Virus record (IMG/VR): IMGVR_UViG_3300012347_000217
Coordinates: 46,664 to 110,663 of that record
Reading direction: 5' to 3' (one strand)
From: a virus
Lineage: Duplodnaviria; Heunggongvirae; Uroviricota; Caudoviricetes
Length of the DNA stretch: 64,000 nucleotides
The number at the start of each line of letters is the position of its first letter. Positions within the stretch are counted from its first letter, which is position 1. Shown in pieces: positions 1 through 8,852 of this stretch. The position numbers and the translations under genes were made by a program. The notes under the pieces were generated by a model. The model was not told where the DNA came from. It saw only the letters and a program-made list of their open reading frames with translations, and did no database searches.

Positions 1-48
1 AAATCAATTGATAGAAGCCTTGACGAATTCCGTAAAGATGGACATACC

Positions 49-234
49 TTGGTGAAAGATTGTGGCTACGACGAGTATTACTTCCTTCGGGCAGAATCCC
101 TAGATACTGATGACAATGAATTCGAAGTAACATCAAATTCAACACGTAGTTTGGTATCCTCATTTTCCAAATATACCGGTGGTAAAGTTGGAAGTCGAGT
201 TGTACTGAATAGATTCATCAACCTAATCACATAA
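49..234 (+). CDS. hypothetical small protein (may begin upstream of window)
   Basis: 61-aa ORF in the ORF track, same orientation as the downstream gene array. Confidence 0.35.
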   Translation: MVKDCGYDEYYFLRAESLDTDDNEFEVTSNSTRSLVSSFSKYTGGKVGSRVVLNRFINLIT

Positions 235-239
235 TAACA

Positions 240-635
240 ATGACAACAAAGAAGACTCATTTCAAAGCAAGTTTGGTAAAATACAGACAAGCTAATATGA
301 AAACTCCTGTTTGGTTCTGGATTAACTCATCAACTGGTACTACATTGTCACCACACTTTGAAACACAACCAGAAGCAGAGAAATGGTTTGATGATGTAGT
401 TTCTATACATGCAGAAACATATGACCTTTTGGACAGGGTCATGTATGGTAAGTTTCATTACTTGCGTGGGAAGATAGACATAGGTGATATGTGTTCTTCT
501 ACAAAGGTTAATGATTGTCCTTTTGATATACACTTAGAAGATGACATTCTGGTAACAGAAGTTTTGGCCCCAACTATTGACGATGCACGGAAACGTGTTG
601 AGGAATATTTTGAAATATTGGAGTGGATAGAATGA
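240..635 (+). CDS. hypothetical protein
   Basis: 131-aa ORF, tightly packed with neighbours, no recognisable motif. Confidence 0.55.
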   Translation: MTTKKTHFKASLVKYRQANMKTPVWFWINSSTGTTLSPHFETQPEAEKWFDDVVSIHAETYDLLDRVMYGKFHYLRGKIDIGDMCSSTKVNDCPFDIHLEDDILVTEVLAPTIDDARKRVEEYFEILEWIE

Positions 636-898
636 TTAGAGATAAAACGAAAGAAATGGTAAAAGAGGCGGAAGATATGTTCGCAGCCGAACCAAGTCAT
701 TTCTCAAGGGACTATGCCAAGTATGGTATGCTCCAAATCTTGATTGACAATGTGCTTGAAGATTGTATGAACGCTGTACGTAATACTGACCTCAGGTCTA
801 TTACTGTAACGACATATGACAAAGAGAACTATGATGCTCTACGTAATAAGTTTGTTAATGCAATAAAGGAAAGCCATGGCTATCGCACACGCCAGTAA
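623..898 (+). CDS. hypothetical protein
   Basis: 91-aa ORF overlapping previous stop (translational coupling pattern). Confidence 0.55.
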   Translation: MDRMIRDKTKEMVKEAEDMFAAEPSHFSRDYAKYGMLQILIDNVLEDCMNAVRNTDLRSITVTTYDKENYDALRNKFVNAIKESHGYRTRQ

Positions 899-1193
899 AT
901 TTGCTTCATCATGGAATATAGATGAAGCCGTATATGTGAAAACTAATGATTTCGCAATCGGTGGTAAATTGGTCACCGCAACTTGTAAGCTGAATGGCCT
1001 GATGAGTGAAGATGATTCAGTGGACCGTATCAAGCATACTCTTATGGAACAGCTTATAGAATATGCTATCAAAAACAAACTTGTCGAATTCACAAAAATA
1101 CCAGATGCTTATGATGGTAGTGCAACGTACATTGCACGTTGTTATCTTGCACCAGATGCAATGGTTAAAGTTTTAAGGTTACACTCACGATGA
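876..1193 (+). CDS. hypothetical protein
   Basis: 105-aa ORF, compact early-gene array. Confidence 0.55.
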   Translation: MAIAHASKFASSWNIDEAVYVKTNDFAIGGKLVTATCKLNGLMSEDDSVDRIKHTLMEQLIEYAIKNKLVEFTKIPDAYDGSATYIARCYLAPDAMVKVLRLHSR

Positions 1194-1555
1194 TTGAAAT
1201 TAGTTTTATTATATTAGTATTGATTGCACACTGGATTGGTGACTTCATCTTCCAATCCGATTATCATGCAGTCAACAAGAGCAAGAGCAACCTTGTATTA
1301 TTATCGCATGTGTTAATGTACACAGCCGCAATTTATTGGGTAGGTTTCTTCTTCCTTCCAATTGAATTAGCTTTTGCTTGGGCCGTGGCAAATGCCATCC
1401 TACATTTCATCACAGATTACTTTACGAGTCGGTTAACGACTATATTGTGGACGAAAGGTGACCGTCATAACTTCTTTGTTACGATTGGTGCTGACCAGAC
1501 GATTCACATGATTTCACTGTTCGGTAGTTACGTTTTATTAAAAGGATTAGTATGA
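1190..1555 (+). CDS. hypothetical membrane protein
   Basis: 121-aa ORF with several hydrophobic segments (MIEISFIILVLIAHWIG..., LPIELAFAWAVANAILHFI). Confidence 0.55.
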   Translation: MIEISFIILVLIAHWIGDFIFQSDYHAVNKSKSNLVLLSHVLMYTAAIYWVGFFFLPIELAFAWAVANAILHFITDYFTSRLTTILWTKGDRHNFFVTIGADQTIHMISLFGSYVLLKGLV

Positions 1556-1788
1556 GTACAGAAGAAGACAAAATCAAACGCTCCACTCGCCTACACAAGG
1601 AAGAAGCTGCGATTGCAAAGCAGGTCAAAATTGCCAAAGCACATGGCATGAAGGTCAAAGAACCGCATGTGTTTGTTAAGCACCATGCAGTAGACGAACT
1701 CAATCTACCTAGCAACCCACGCAGGTCTATGAAAGAGAAGACCGTACAAGAGAAACGCTTCGAACAGACGGAAGGCTGGAACGACTAA
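1552..1788 (+). CDS. hypothetical basic protein
   Basis: 78-aa Lys/Arg-rich ORF overlapping neighbours by 4 nt. Confidence 0.5.
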   Translation: MSTEEDKIKRSTRLHKEEAAIAKQVKIAKAHGMKVKEPHVFVKHHAVDELNLPSNPRRSMKEKTVQEKRFEQTEGWND

Positions 1789-2111
1789 TGGGAAATGTAT
1801 CCGATTACTTTGAGAAGAACCGTTACATCGGTAAGTACCAGATGGGTGACCGTGTCATGGGAAAGTATAAGGGTACTCCTTTTGCAGGCACAGTTGGTAA
1901 TGATAGAGTAGTATCCGAATTAATTGGTCCAGAAGTGACAATTCATTTGGATCTACCATTGCCATCTGAGTCTGGATATTGTACAATAATCACTGTGAAA
2001 CCAAAAGACATTAGGCGACTATATGAAATTGAACCTAAGAATTCCAAGTCCGGAACTGATGGAACAGATTTACCCAGAGTTAGTAAAAAAACACGGGGAA
2101 AGTCTACCTGA
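1788..2111 (+). CDS. hypothetical protein
   Basis: 107-aa ORF, start overlaps previous stop. Confidence 0.5.
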   Translation: MGNVSDYFEKNRYIGKYQMGDRVMGKYKGTPFAGTVGNDRVVSELIGPEVTIHLDLPLPSESGYCTIITVKPKDIRRLYEIEPKNSKSGTDGTDLPRVSKKTRGKST

Positions 2112-2164
2112 TCCGGAACATGAACCGATGCAATTTTTGAATGCAGTGAGGATGTACTTATATT

Positions 2165-2734
2165 ATGATTATAACGCTAGATTTCCAGTCGGATGCGATT
2201 CGACTCAAGAATGAGGTAGAAGAAAGAGTCTTTGATAAACTGAAGGAGCTTCCTTACAGTATATCCACTTTCATTATGAATAGATGTATTCTTTCTGGTG
2301 GTTGCTTTGCATCTTTAATGCATGGTGCCACACCGAAAGATTATGACTTCTGGTGTCTTGATGATGCCGACTTACCAGACCTACAGAGGCTGATGGATGT
2401 ATACGATGAGAGGGATTCATCATTAATCACCATCGAGAATCCTGCATACATGGACCAGTTCGTTGACGGTAAGATTGTCACAGCTAATGCCACGACCTTG
2501 AAGAACGGCATCCAGCTTATCAAGCTATCCAACTATGCAACTGCCAAACAATCATTCGACTTTGAGCATTGTAAGGTTTCTTATATTCCCGCAACTACAA
2601 CACTATACATGTCTAAGACGCAGTATAATAGTATTATCAATAAGAAATTAGTTCCAACACGAGAAGTAGATATGACTAAGCCGGACATTACACGGAGAGT
2701 AGCCAAATTCATGGAAAGAGGTTGGACAACATGA
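2165..2734 (+). CDS. hypothetical protein
   Basis: 189-aa ORF, no recognisable motif. Confidence 0.55.
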   Translation: MIITLDFQSDAIRLKNEVEERVFDKLKELPYSISTFIMNRCILSGGCFASLMHGATPKDYDFWCLDDADLPDLQRLMDVYDERDSSLITIENPAYMDQFVDGKIVTANATTLKNGIQLIKLSNYATAKQSFDFEHCKVSYIPATTTLYMSKTQYNSIINKKLVPTREVDMTKPDITRRVAKFMERGWTT

Positions 2735-2913
2735 AGTTCAATTGTAAAAAGAAACCCGACAGACGACCAACATGGCACACATGGTTTGCTTGGCATCCAG
2801 TGCGGATTGCCGACGAGGATTGCCGTTGGTTGGAAAAGGTTGAACGCCGTGGTACCTTCGAGTATGACTCCCAAGGTGGTTACTGGCACTATGAGTATAG
2901 GGCACTGAAATGA
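2722..2913 (+). CDS. hypothetical protein
   Basis: 63-aa ORF overlapping both neighbours, Trp/Arg rich. Confidence 0.4.
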   Translation: MDNMKFNCKKKPDRRPTWHTWFAWHPVRIADEDCRWLEKVERRGTFEYDSQGGYWHYEYRALK

Positions 2914-3356
2914 AAATTATTATTGCTGGTGGTCGTGACTTCAAGGACTGGGATATGTTCCAGGGTTACATGTCTACGCTTCCACCATGGATCTCAATTA
3001 ACGAGGTGGTTTCTGGTGGAGCCACAGGAGCAGATGCCCTAGGAGAAACATGGGCCAAGATGATGAATATTCCATGCAAGGTATTCAATGCCGAATGGGA
3101 ACGCCTAGGTCGTAAAGCTGGTCCTATGCGTAATGTAGAAATGTCCATCTATGGTGACGGACTGATTGCTTTTTGGGATGGTAAGTCTAAAGGTACAGCA
3201 CACATGATTTCGGTTATGGTTGCTGCCGAGAAATGGACTTACGTGGTGAGAACCGACATTCCATGGGATGGTAAATGGACTACTGATAAAGACGGAAAAC
3301 GTCTGGGTCCTTTACTGAATAATGTTGAGGTCTATTATGCAAACAAAGGTACATAA
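2910..3356 (+). CDS. SLOG / DUF2493-family (DprA/LOG-like Rossmann) nucleotide-binding protein
   Basis: MKIIIAGGRDF start followed by GGATGADALGETWA, the signature Gly-rich motif of the SLOG/DUF2493 family; 148 aa. Confidence 0.65.
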   Translation: MKIIIAGGRDFKDWDMFQGYMSTLPPWISINEVVSGGATGADALGETWAKMMNIPCKVFNAEWERLGRKAGPMRNVEMSIYGDGLIAFWDGKSKGTAHMISVMVAAEKWTYVVRTDIPWDGKWTTDKDGKRLGPLLNNVEVYYANKGT

Positions 3357-3357
3357 G

Positions 3358-3861
3358 ATGCCAAATAATGTTACACCATTACAATACAAATGGAAAGATC
3401 CAGACGATAAAGTATATGTCGTTGCTGGTACCAGAGCAGAATTCGATTCCTACAGAATCAAGAAGATGAACGAGGGTTCCAGGTCACAGTACTATTACGT
3501 GGCCACACCAGAAGCTCTCCTCGGTTTAAGCCGTATCAAAGGTGTCTTTGTCGGTTCCTGGAAACAACGAAGTGATATTAATAGGATCCAAGATGCGATC
3601 CACATTATCAAGGAACGGATGAAGTATGATACTCAGGTGTCTACCTCTGCTGGTTTCATGGCCCAAGAGATTGACCAAGAGTTATTGACCACTCTGAAAC
3701 AATCTCCGTCCACAACCATCACCGCTTCTGCTTCAAGTTTCGGTGCAATCACTGGAGCCTCTATCGCCTCAAGTAACTTGACAGAAGCATACATTCGTGA
3801 TATGATGAAGAAATACATTGATGAAGCCCTTGCTAACCCCAAGACCTTAGGAGGAATATGA
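3358..3861 (+). CDS. hypothetical protein (start could be 3322 or 3337)
   Basis: ORF 3322..3861; several in-frame ATGs, I chose MPNNVTPLQ... Confidence 0.5.
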   Translation: MPNNVTPLQYKWKDPDDKVYVVAGTRAEFDSYRIKKMNEGSRSQYYYVATPEALLGLSRIKGVFVGSWKQRSDINRIQDAIHIIKERMKYDTQVSTSAGFMAQEIDQELLTTLKQSPSTTITASASSFGAITGASIASSNLTEAYIRDMMKKYIDEALANPKTLGGI

Positions 3862-4136
3862 AATACGAAGACTTTTTCCATCTACCCCAATCAGAGCGGG
3901 ACAGACTGATGGCTATCCATAGAAAGCAGAACATTATCCGTACAACGTCTGCCCAAATCAAAAAGCAGTACGACGAACTGAATACTCAGTACAGAAAGAA
4001 CCAGGAAGACTGCCTTCACCCTTTCACCAAGAAAGAGCATATCCGTACAGAAGACTATGGATGTGCTCCTGCTTTTTCCACCAATTTTTACTGTGAAGAC
4101 TGCGATAAGCACTGGCGTGAAGAAGGATCAAAATGA
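3858..4136 (+). CDS. hypothetical protein with C-terminal Cys/His cluster
   Basis: 92-aa ORF; CAPAFSTNFYCEDCDKHW suggests a small metal-binding motif. Confidence 0.5.
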   Translation: MKYEDFFHLPQSERDRLMAIHRKQNIIRTTSAQIKKQYDELNTQYRKNQEDCLHPFTKKEHIRTEDYGCAPAFSTNFYCEDCDKHWREEGSK

Positions 4137-4261
4137 CAATTAACCAATTAGCCGAATGGGTATGTTTCTGGGGTATGCTAGTACCATTGGCCATTGCCTG
4201 CTGGGGAGTACTCCTGATTGCCGTCTGCGGTATCGTATCCGACATTAAGAATGGTAGATAA
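4133..4261 (+). CDS. very small hydrophobic protein (42 aa)
   Basis: ATGA overlap with the previous gene; MTINQLAEWVCFWGMLVPLAIACWGVLLIAVCGIV is TM-like; below the ORF-track length cutoff. Confidence 0.3.
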   Translation: MTINQLAEWVCFWGMLVPLAIACWGVLLIAVCGIVSDIKNGR

Positions 4262-4263
4262 TT

Positions 4264-4455
4264 ATGGCCAGAATTAAAGAAGGTTGTGACTGCGGTTGTA
4301 ATGAACCAGTTGCCCGTACCCCAGAGAAGATGTTACGCTTCCTTGCTTACCGTCTAGAAGATGCTGGTGTAGCCGACTGTGTAGCGAAAATCTATGCCCA
4401 TGATATCCGTCTTATCCTCGAAGAACACTATGGAACACCAGAACAAAAGATTTGA
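4264..4455 (+). CDS. hypothetical protein
   Basis: 63-aa ORF. Confidence 0.45.
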   Translation: MARIKEGCDCGCNEPVARTPEKMLRFLAYRLEDAGVADCVAKIYAHDIRLILEEHYGTPEQKI

Positions 4456-4894
4456 TCCATCCCTCCACCAAATCTATGATGACATGGGTAAGAACATCGT
4501 CCTCTCCTACTTCAATGACAAGCTGGGTATCCAAGCCATCGAGAACCCAGACAAGTATGGAGTAGACGTAATCCTTCTCAGAGACAAGAAGTACATCGGT
4601 TTTGCAGAGGTGGAAGTGAGAAACTCCTGGAAGAGCTATGCCTTCCCATACGAAACCTTGAACGTACCGAAGCGGAAACAGAAACTTTTAGATAATCCTC
4701 TCCCCACCTATTTCTTCTCTATCAACGCCCCAGGTACCCGTATGTTCTGTTGCGAAGCAACGGCGGTCCTCCGGGCTGCCCTCCAAGAGAACCCAAATAA
4801 GTACGTTTCCAAAGGAGAATACTTCTATAAGGTTTCCTTAGACCAACTGAAATCTATTGATATACCAGAGAGTATGAGCTGGAGTAAACCATGA
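4430..4894 (+). CDS. hypothetical protein
   Basis: ORF 4394..4894; in-frame ATG at 4430 overlaps the upstream gene end. The segment GVDVILLRDKKYIGFAEVEVRNSWK loosely resembles a restriction-endonuclease-like core. This is not verified. Confidence 0.5.
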   Translation: MEHQNKRFDPSLHQIYDDMGKNIVLSYFNDKLGIQAIENPDKYGVDVILLRDKKYIGFAEVEVRNSWKSYAFPYETLNVPKRKQKLLDNPLPTYFFSINAPGTRMFCCEATAVLRAALQENPNKYVSKGEYFYKVSLDQLKSIDIPESMSWSKP

Positions 4895-5250
4895 GATATA
4901 CTGTGGTACTAGAGAGTTCCGTTACACATCCTATACAGAAGAAAACATTCAAAAATAAGCGGGATGCTGAGTCCTATGCTGAGAGAGTATCTAAACACTG
5001 GAGAGGTACTGTAAAGGTTGAGAGAATTGGAGCTGCACCTCCTGTAGAATCATTACAATACCGTAGAGACCGGTCACTATATGATACACTGTGTAACGGA
5101 GATCCAACCTTTAAGGACCGTATAAGCTTTGAAGACTTCCGTGGAGGTAAGCTGACGGAGAAGAACTTCGTTCCCGAGATGAATTCTGCACCTGGAAAAA
5201 ATTCTGAATCTGAGCTGAGAACCGAAAAGACGAAAAACGTTGGAGAATGA
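4891..5250 (+). CDS. hypothetical protein
   Basis: 119-aa ORF with ATGA overlap with the previous gene. Confidence 0.5.
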   Translation: MRYTVVLESSVTHPIQKKTFKNKRDAESYAERVSKHWRGTVKVERIGAAPPVESLQYRRDRSLYDTLCNGDPTFKDRISFEDFRGGKLTEKNFVPEMNSAPGKNSESELRTEKTKNVGE

Positions 5251-5401
5251 TCCGGAGGTCGGAAAATAAATTAGAGAGAAATCGAGTTTGGGCCTAACAC
5301 AACTTTTGCTCACATTGAATACTTTTTAGCTAAAGTGGCCATACTTTTTAGAAACAAAAGTATTACATTAAGTCTCTCAACTTTTTGAATACTTTTGTTT
5401 C

Positions 5402-5596
5402 TTATTCTATTTCAATTGTATCAATTAAGTTCGCATTTTCATCAACTGAAATATGTACTAATTTTCCCTTGTAATCACAAAGCGCTACATTCTCAGGGCA
5501 AAGTACTTCAAAAGCATTATATTCTGAGTTGTTGCGTAAGAACAACACGATAGCGTCGATGGCTTTTGTACTACTTTCGATGTATGTCGTTGTCAT
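5402..5596 (-). CDS. hypothetical small protein
   Basis: 64-aa ORF on the opposite strand inside an otherwise promoter-rich region. Confidence 0.35.
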   Translation of the reverse strand: MTTTYIESSTKAIDAIVLFLRNNSEYNAFEVLCPENVALCDYKGKLVHISVDENANLIDTIEIE

Positions 5597-5613
5597 TTTG
5601 TACTACTTTCGTG

Positions 5614-5862
5614 TTATACTACTTCAGTGTTAATAAATTCGTTCAATTCTTCTTTTGTATCGAACACTTGAGAAAAAATGAATTCTTCTTGCTCATCATC
5701 ATAAAAACAATAAATTTCGTACATTGTATGCTCTAACTTTTCGAGCGTGATACAATGCACGAAGTGTTCGACATAGTATGCAACTTTAGTATTACTTTCG
5801 TCGTATACGTCGAATTCATTACAATCCGATGATTCGAACGTTTGTTTAGTAGTGTATGACAT
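5614..5862 (-). CDS. hypothetical small acidic protein
   Basis: 82-aa ORF upstream of 5402..5596 on the - strand. Confidence 0.4.
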   Translation of the reverse strand: MSYTTKQTFESSDCNEFDVYDESNTKVAYYVEHFVHCITLEKLEHTMYEIYCFYDDEQEEFIFSQVFDTKEELNEFINTEVV

Positions 5863-5964
5863 TTTGAGCTTCTTTCGTTTGTTGATGTATCAATTATGCA
5901 CTATCGGGCCGAAAAGTCAAGCGATATTTAATAACTTATTTTCCGGTCAAGTATTAAAAAATGC

Positions 5965-5992
5965 TTGCCGAATCCAAAAAATGATGTATAAT
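5965..5992 (+). promoter_or_regulatory. sigma70-like promoter (-35 TTGCCG 5965-5970, 16-nt spacer, -10 TATAAT 5987-5992)
   Basis: read directly; A-rich tract aaaaaatgc upstream of the -35 box. Confidence 0.55.
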
Positions 5993-5999
5993 TGAATCA

Positions 6000-6110
6000 T
6001 TCGAAAGCAAGACTGGGATGCACACGGAGGCTGGGCGTCTCCCCTGGATCAATCCGCCAGCGCAAAACCCATCACGGTTACCCCATTCTATCATACTTGG
6101 CAAGACTCGG
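6000..6110 (+). ncRNA. candidate small RNA unit U1 (paralogue of U2)
   Basis: starts ~8 nt after the -10 of the 5965-5992 promoter; about 110 nt alignable with 6568-6680 (tcgaa.g...gggatg.ac..ggaggctg...ccagcgc...tcac.gt.accc.att.tatcat). Confidence 0.25.
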
Positions 6111-6215
6111 CAAGCGAAAAATAAAAACATATTTTCCGGTCAAGTATTCGATTTTGCTTGCCTTTTGCTCTGGCTTCGAGTACAGTTTGGACAGCTTACA
6201 AAAAGGAGAAAATGT

Positions 6216-6428
6216 ATGGCTACATTGGTCTATTGGATCATGACGCAGGAGGATGATGCCGCCTGTTATAATATCATTGCCAAGACTAAAAAGGACGCAT
6301 TGGATCAGGCTGCCGCCCGTTCCTACTGCACCTGGAGTGAACCGAAAAGAGTACAAAAGTACTACAAGGATGCCTTTGACCTATTCGCCATGGCTACATC
6401 CGAGGATGGAGGTCGGACCGAATATTAG
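6216..6428 (+). CDS. hypothetical small protein (70 aa)
   Basis: strong RBS AAGGAGAA 7 nt upstream of ATG 6216; the longer 6018..6428 ORF in the track is probably an artefactual N-terminal extension. Confidence 0.45.
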   Translation: MATLVYWIMTQEDDAACYNIIAKTKKDALDQAAARSYCTWSEPKRVQKYYKDAFDLFAMATSEDGGRTEY

Positions 6429-6532
6429 AACCAAAGTACTCCAGACCACCTCGGTGGCTCCGGTACGCTCTAGGTGCTAGGAGGCGCCTCGGTGGCTATC
6501 CACGCCTTCCGAAAATACATCAAAATAAATGG

Positions 6533-6560
6533 TTGCCAGTAGTGCCGGATGATGTATAAT
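6533..6560 (+). promoter_or_regulatory. sigma70-like promoter (-35 TTGCCA 6533-6538, 16-nt spacer, -10 TATAAT 6555-6560)
   Basis: read directly. Confidence 0.55.
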
Positions 6561-6567
6561 CCATCCA

Positions 6568-6680
6568 TTGATTCGAAGGACATATCCGGGATGGACGTGG
6601 AGGCTGCCTGACCAGAATTCCCAGCGCCGGCACCCTTCACTGTCACCCTATTATATCATGCCCCGCAACGGCTGGCAACC
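6568..6680 (+). ncRNA. candidate small RNA unit U2 (paralogue of U1)
   Basis: immediately downstream of the 6533-6560 promoter; sequence paralogous to 6000-6110; no ORF. Confidence 0.25.
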
Positions 6681-6913
6681 AGTTTACAAACTATTTTTGG
6701 CTCATTTTTGAATACTTTTGTTTGCAGGATGAACCACTGTATACTACTATGGTTAACCCACTAGGATCGCACGGAGCACTGGTTTCGGCATTAATGAAGG
6801 TCAACACCTTGCCGTGCATCATTGCCTAATCCTGACTGGTTCTGGTTGATCCTAAGCATGGCAAGCATTTTCTATGGTACTGTACCGATTCGGTTGTAAT
6901 ACTTTTGTACCTC

Positions 6914-6942
6914 TTGCCAGATTTTCGTGGTTATGATATAAT
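6914..6942 (+). promoter_or_regulatory. sigma70-like promoter (-35 TTGCCA 6914-6919, 17-nt spacer, -10 TATAAT 6937-6942)
   Basis: read directly; followed by a non-coding stretch up to ~7200. Confidence 0.5.
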
Positions 6943-7334
6943 ATGGAGCCGTGGGAAACCTGGTCTAAGACAAGGATCAAATTGTCACCCAGCGACTGGT
7001 CCAGCGACAATTCTGCAAGGTGCGCTGGAATGACTACTAAATAGCGGCTTCTTTCGGAATATTAATACTTTCCTATTACGGTACTACTATGGTTCTAATC
7101 CCTTCCGTTGGAGTAATACTTCCGTCCGCTCTATATGGAATAACGTGCCTGCGCCCGCACGGATACACCATTGGCTGAAAATTGGCAATTCTTTTCTTAT
7201 ACTCCATCCTTCTGGTCAACTATTAAAAAACTGGTTGCCTTTTCTTTTTTGTTCCGCCACAATTCATCCATCGGTTAAATGATTTTGATTGATTGACGAA
7301 TAACCCAGCGAAAAGGTCAAGAATTAAAAAATGC

Positions 7335-7362
7335 TTGCCAAGCGGTTGATTCTAGTTAATAA
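7335..7362 (+). promoter_or_regulatory. promoter for the 7414 gene (-35 TTGCCA 7335-7340, -10 TAATAA-like); a tandem copy sits at 7235-7262 with the same AATTCATCCATCGG leader
   Basis: aaaaaatgcTTGCCA followed by a conserved leader AATTCATCCATCGGCTAACC; duplicate leader at 7261-7280. Confidence 0.4.
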
Positions 7363-7413
7363 TTCATCCATCGGCTAACCGATACATTTTCAACAACCAA
7401 ACGGAGTATTATC

Positions 7414-7908
7414 ATGGCTAAAATGACAACCAAGACAGTGGAAAAAATGACTTTTAAAACCAAAGTGGAAATGATGGCTTACATCAAGGCATTGACCGCC
7501 GCCCAGCATACGGAAATTGTCGCCGCTTATGATATCGGCGCCGATTCGCCAGAGCACGCTAAAACCTTGGCATCCTATATCATCCAAGGCGTATTCCTGA
7601 AAAAATCAGGTAATGACTTGGTGGAATATGCGTTATCACAGGCAGAGAAAATTGGCAAGACAATGCCAAGTGCCGCCGTAAAAGTTGCCACCGAAAAGGT
7701 TGCCAAAGTCAAAAAAGAGAAGCCAGCCTCCAAGCCCCGTATCAAATATGCCGATTTTGAAATTGTGGAGCGTCCTGACCGTGGCGGCTGGGAAGGCTGG
7801 TATGCTGGCAAAGCCGAAGCCTTCCGCACTACCGTGGCAAAGGTTGACGCCTTTTTCCTGAAAAAGTATAAGGCAACTGGCACAGTCGTCCCAGCCCGTA
7901 CGGCTTAA
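7414..7908 (+). CDS. hypothetical protein
   Basis: 164-aa ORF after a GGAG RBS; Lys/Ala-rich, no recognisable motif. Confidence 0.6.
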   Translation: MAKMTTKTVEKMTFKTKVEMMAYIKALTAAQHTEIVAAYDIGADSPEHAKTLASYIIQGVFLKKSGNDLVEYALSQAEKIGKTMPSAAVKVATEKVAKVKKEKPASKPRIKYADFEIVERPDRGGWEGWYAGKAEAFRTTVAKVDAFFLKKYKATGTVVPARTA

Positions 7909-7979
7909 CAGTTAACCCAGAGGATGGCAACGTCCTCTGGGAATAACCCAGCGGAATGGTATACTATTATTGGTAGTTG

Positions 7980-8007
7980 CCATTCCATTGGAATTATGAT
8001 AACAGGA
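7980..8007 (+). promoter_or_regulatory. TTGCCA-family promoter (weak -10 ATAACA)
   Basis: ggtagTTGCCAttccattggaattatgATAACA upstream of gene 8012. Confidence 0.3.
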
Positions 8008-8011
8008 GAAA

Positions 8012-8203
8012 ATGATGGCAGATAATCTGGTTTTTGTAGTGGTCCGCCGGTCAACCGTACGGGAAGAGGCATGGCAACTGGCTCGCCTTTTCACGAATAT
8101 TGGAGCGGCGGAGGAGTACCAGGAAATGGTTCAACTAGGCGACCAATGGGAGACCACTATCCAAACCCACAATGTGTGGAATGACGGTCTCCTGACTGCC
8201 TAA
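8012..8203 (+). CDS. hypothetical protein
   Basis: 63-aa ORF with RBS AGGAGAAAA. Confidence 0.5.
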   Translation: MMADNLVFVVVRRSTVREEAWQLARLFTNIGAAEEYQEMVQLGDQWETTIQTHNVWNDGLLTA

Positions 8204-8409
8204 GTGGTACGGAGTAACCATGCACCAGAATGATTGGAAGAGTCCTAGGCGAATCGGTCAACGGGTGACTGGTCAACCTATAACCCAAGATTTTGGTGCA
8301 GTTTGGACCATTCTGGTGCATACCAGCATGGCACGGAATGATGGTTTAATTGTGACAATGTGAGAAAATCGGCAGGCAACGGCTTGCCAAAAACCTTGGA
8401 GTATGATAT

Positions 8410-8587
8410 GGGGACAATTTTCAGGACCATCAAAATCACATGGTGGGAAAATGGCACGGTGACTTGGTTAACCGTGCATGGGTTGACCGAAGCCCAAGCA
8501 TGGGACAATGCCCGCCACTTTGGTTGCATCAAGCCATTGTGGTACCAATTCTGGCTTCGCCGCCCACTTATGGAGAAAACCTTATGA
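8410..8587 (+). CDS. hypothetical small protein
   Basis: in-frame ATG with a GGAG RBS inside track ORF 8360..8587. Confidence 0.3.
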
Positions 8588-8832
8588 CACGCCAGAGCAA
8601 CCTAAAATCATTGGCCATTGGTTATTATCGGGAGGACGGCGACTTTGCGGTGCTCTCCACGGTAAACAATAATGACGACCATTTATCCACGGAAGATTAT
8701 ATGGCACTGGTGCAGTATATCACGGACACCCTGTCGGTGTCGTTGGAATGGTCCATAATGGCTGTGGACTTGGACATTGTGCCAGATTATGTGACGACCA
8801 CCCCATCGGTGGTTTATCTCCACAAAATCTAA
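8584..8832 (+). CDS. hypothetical protein
   Basis: in-frame ATG with RBS GGAGAAAA inside track ORF 8440..8832; ATGA overlap with previous. Confidence 0.45.
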   Translation: MTRQSNLKSLAIGYYREDGDFAVLSTVNNNDDHLSTEDYMALVQYITDTLSVSLEWSIMAVDLDIVPDYVTTTPSVVYLHKI

Positions 8833-8852
8833 AAAATATCTTCGGATAATGG

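Noticed and set aside
6014-6022. 9-mer GGGATGCAC shared between candidate sRNA unit U1 and the tmRNA coding-piece 5' end
   Set aside because: A single 9-mer match is expected by chance about 0.5 times in 64 kb on two strands. No extended similarity.
5992-6480. Overlapping ORFs 5992..6243, 6018..6428, 6078..6356 (-) and 6253..6480 in the promoter-rich region
   Set aside because: The ORFs overlap one another and overlap the promoter-proximal non-coding unit. Only the 3' portion 6216..6428 has a strong RBS (AAGGAGAA) and a plausible protein. The rest are treated as spurious.
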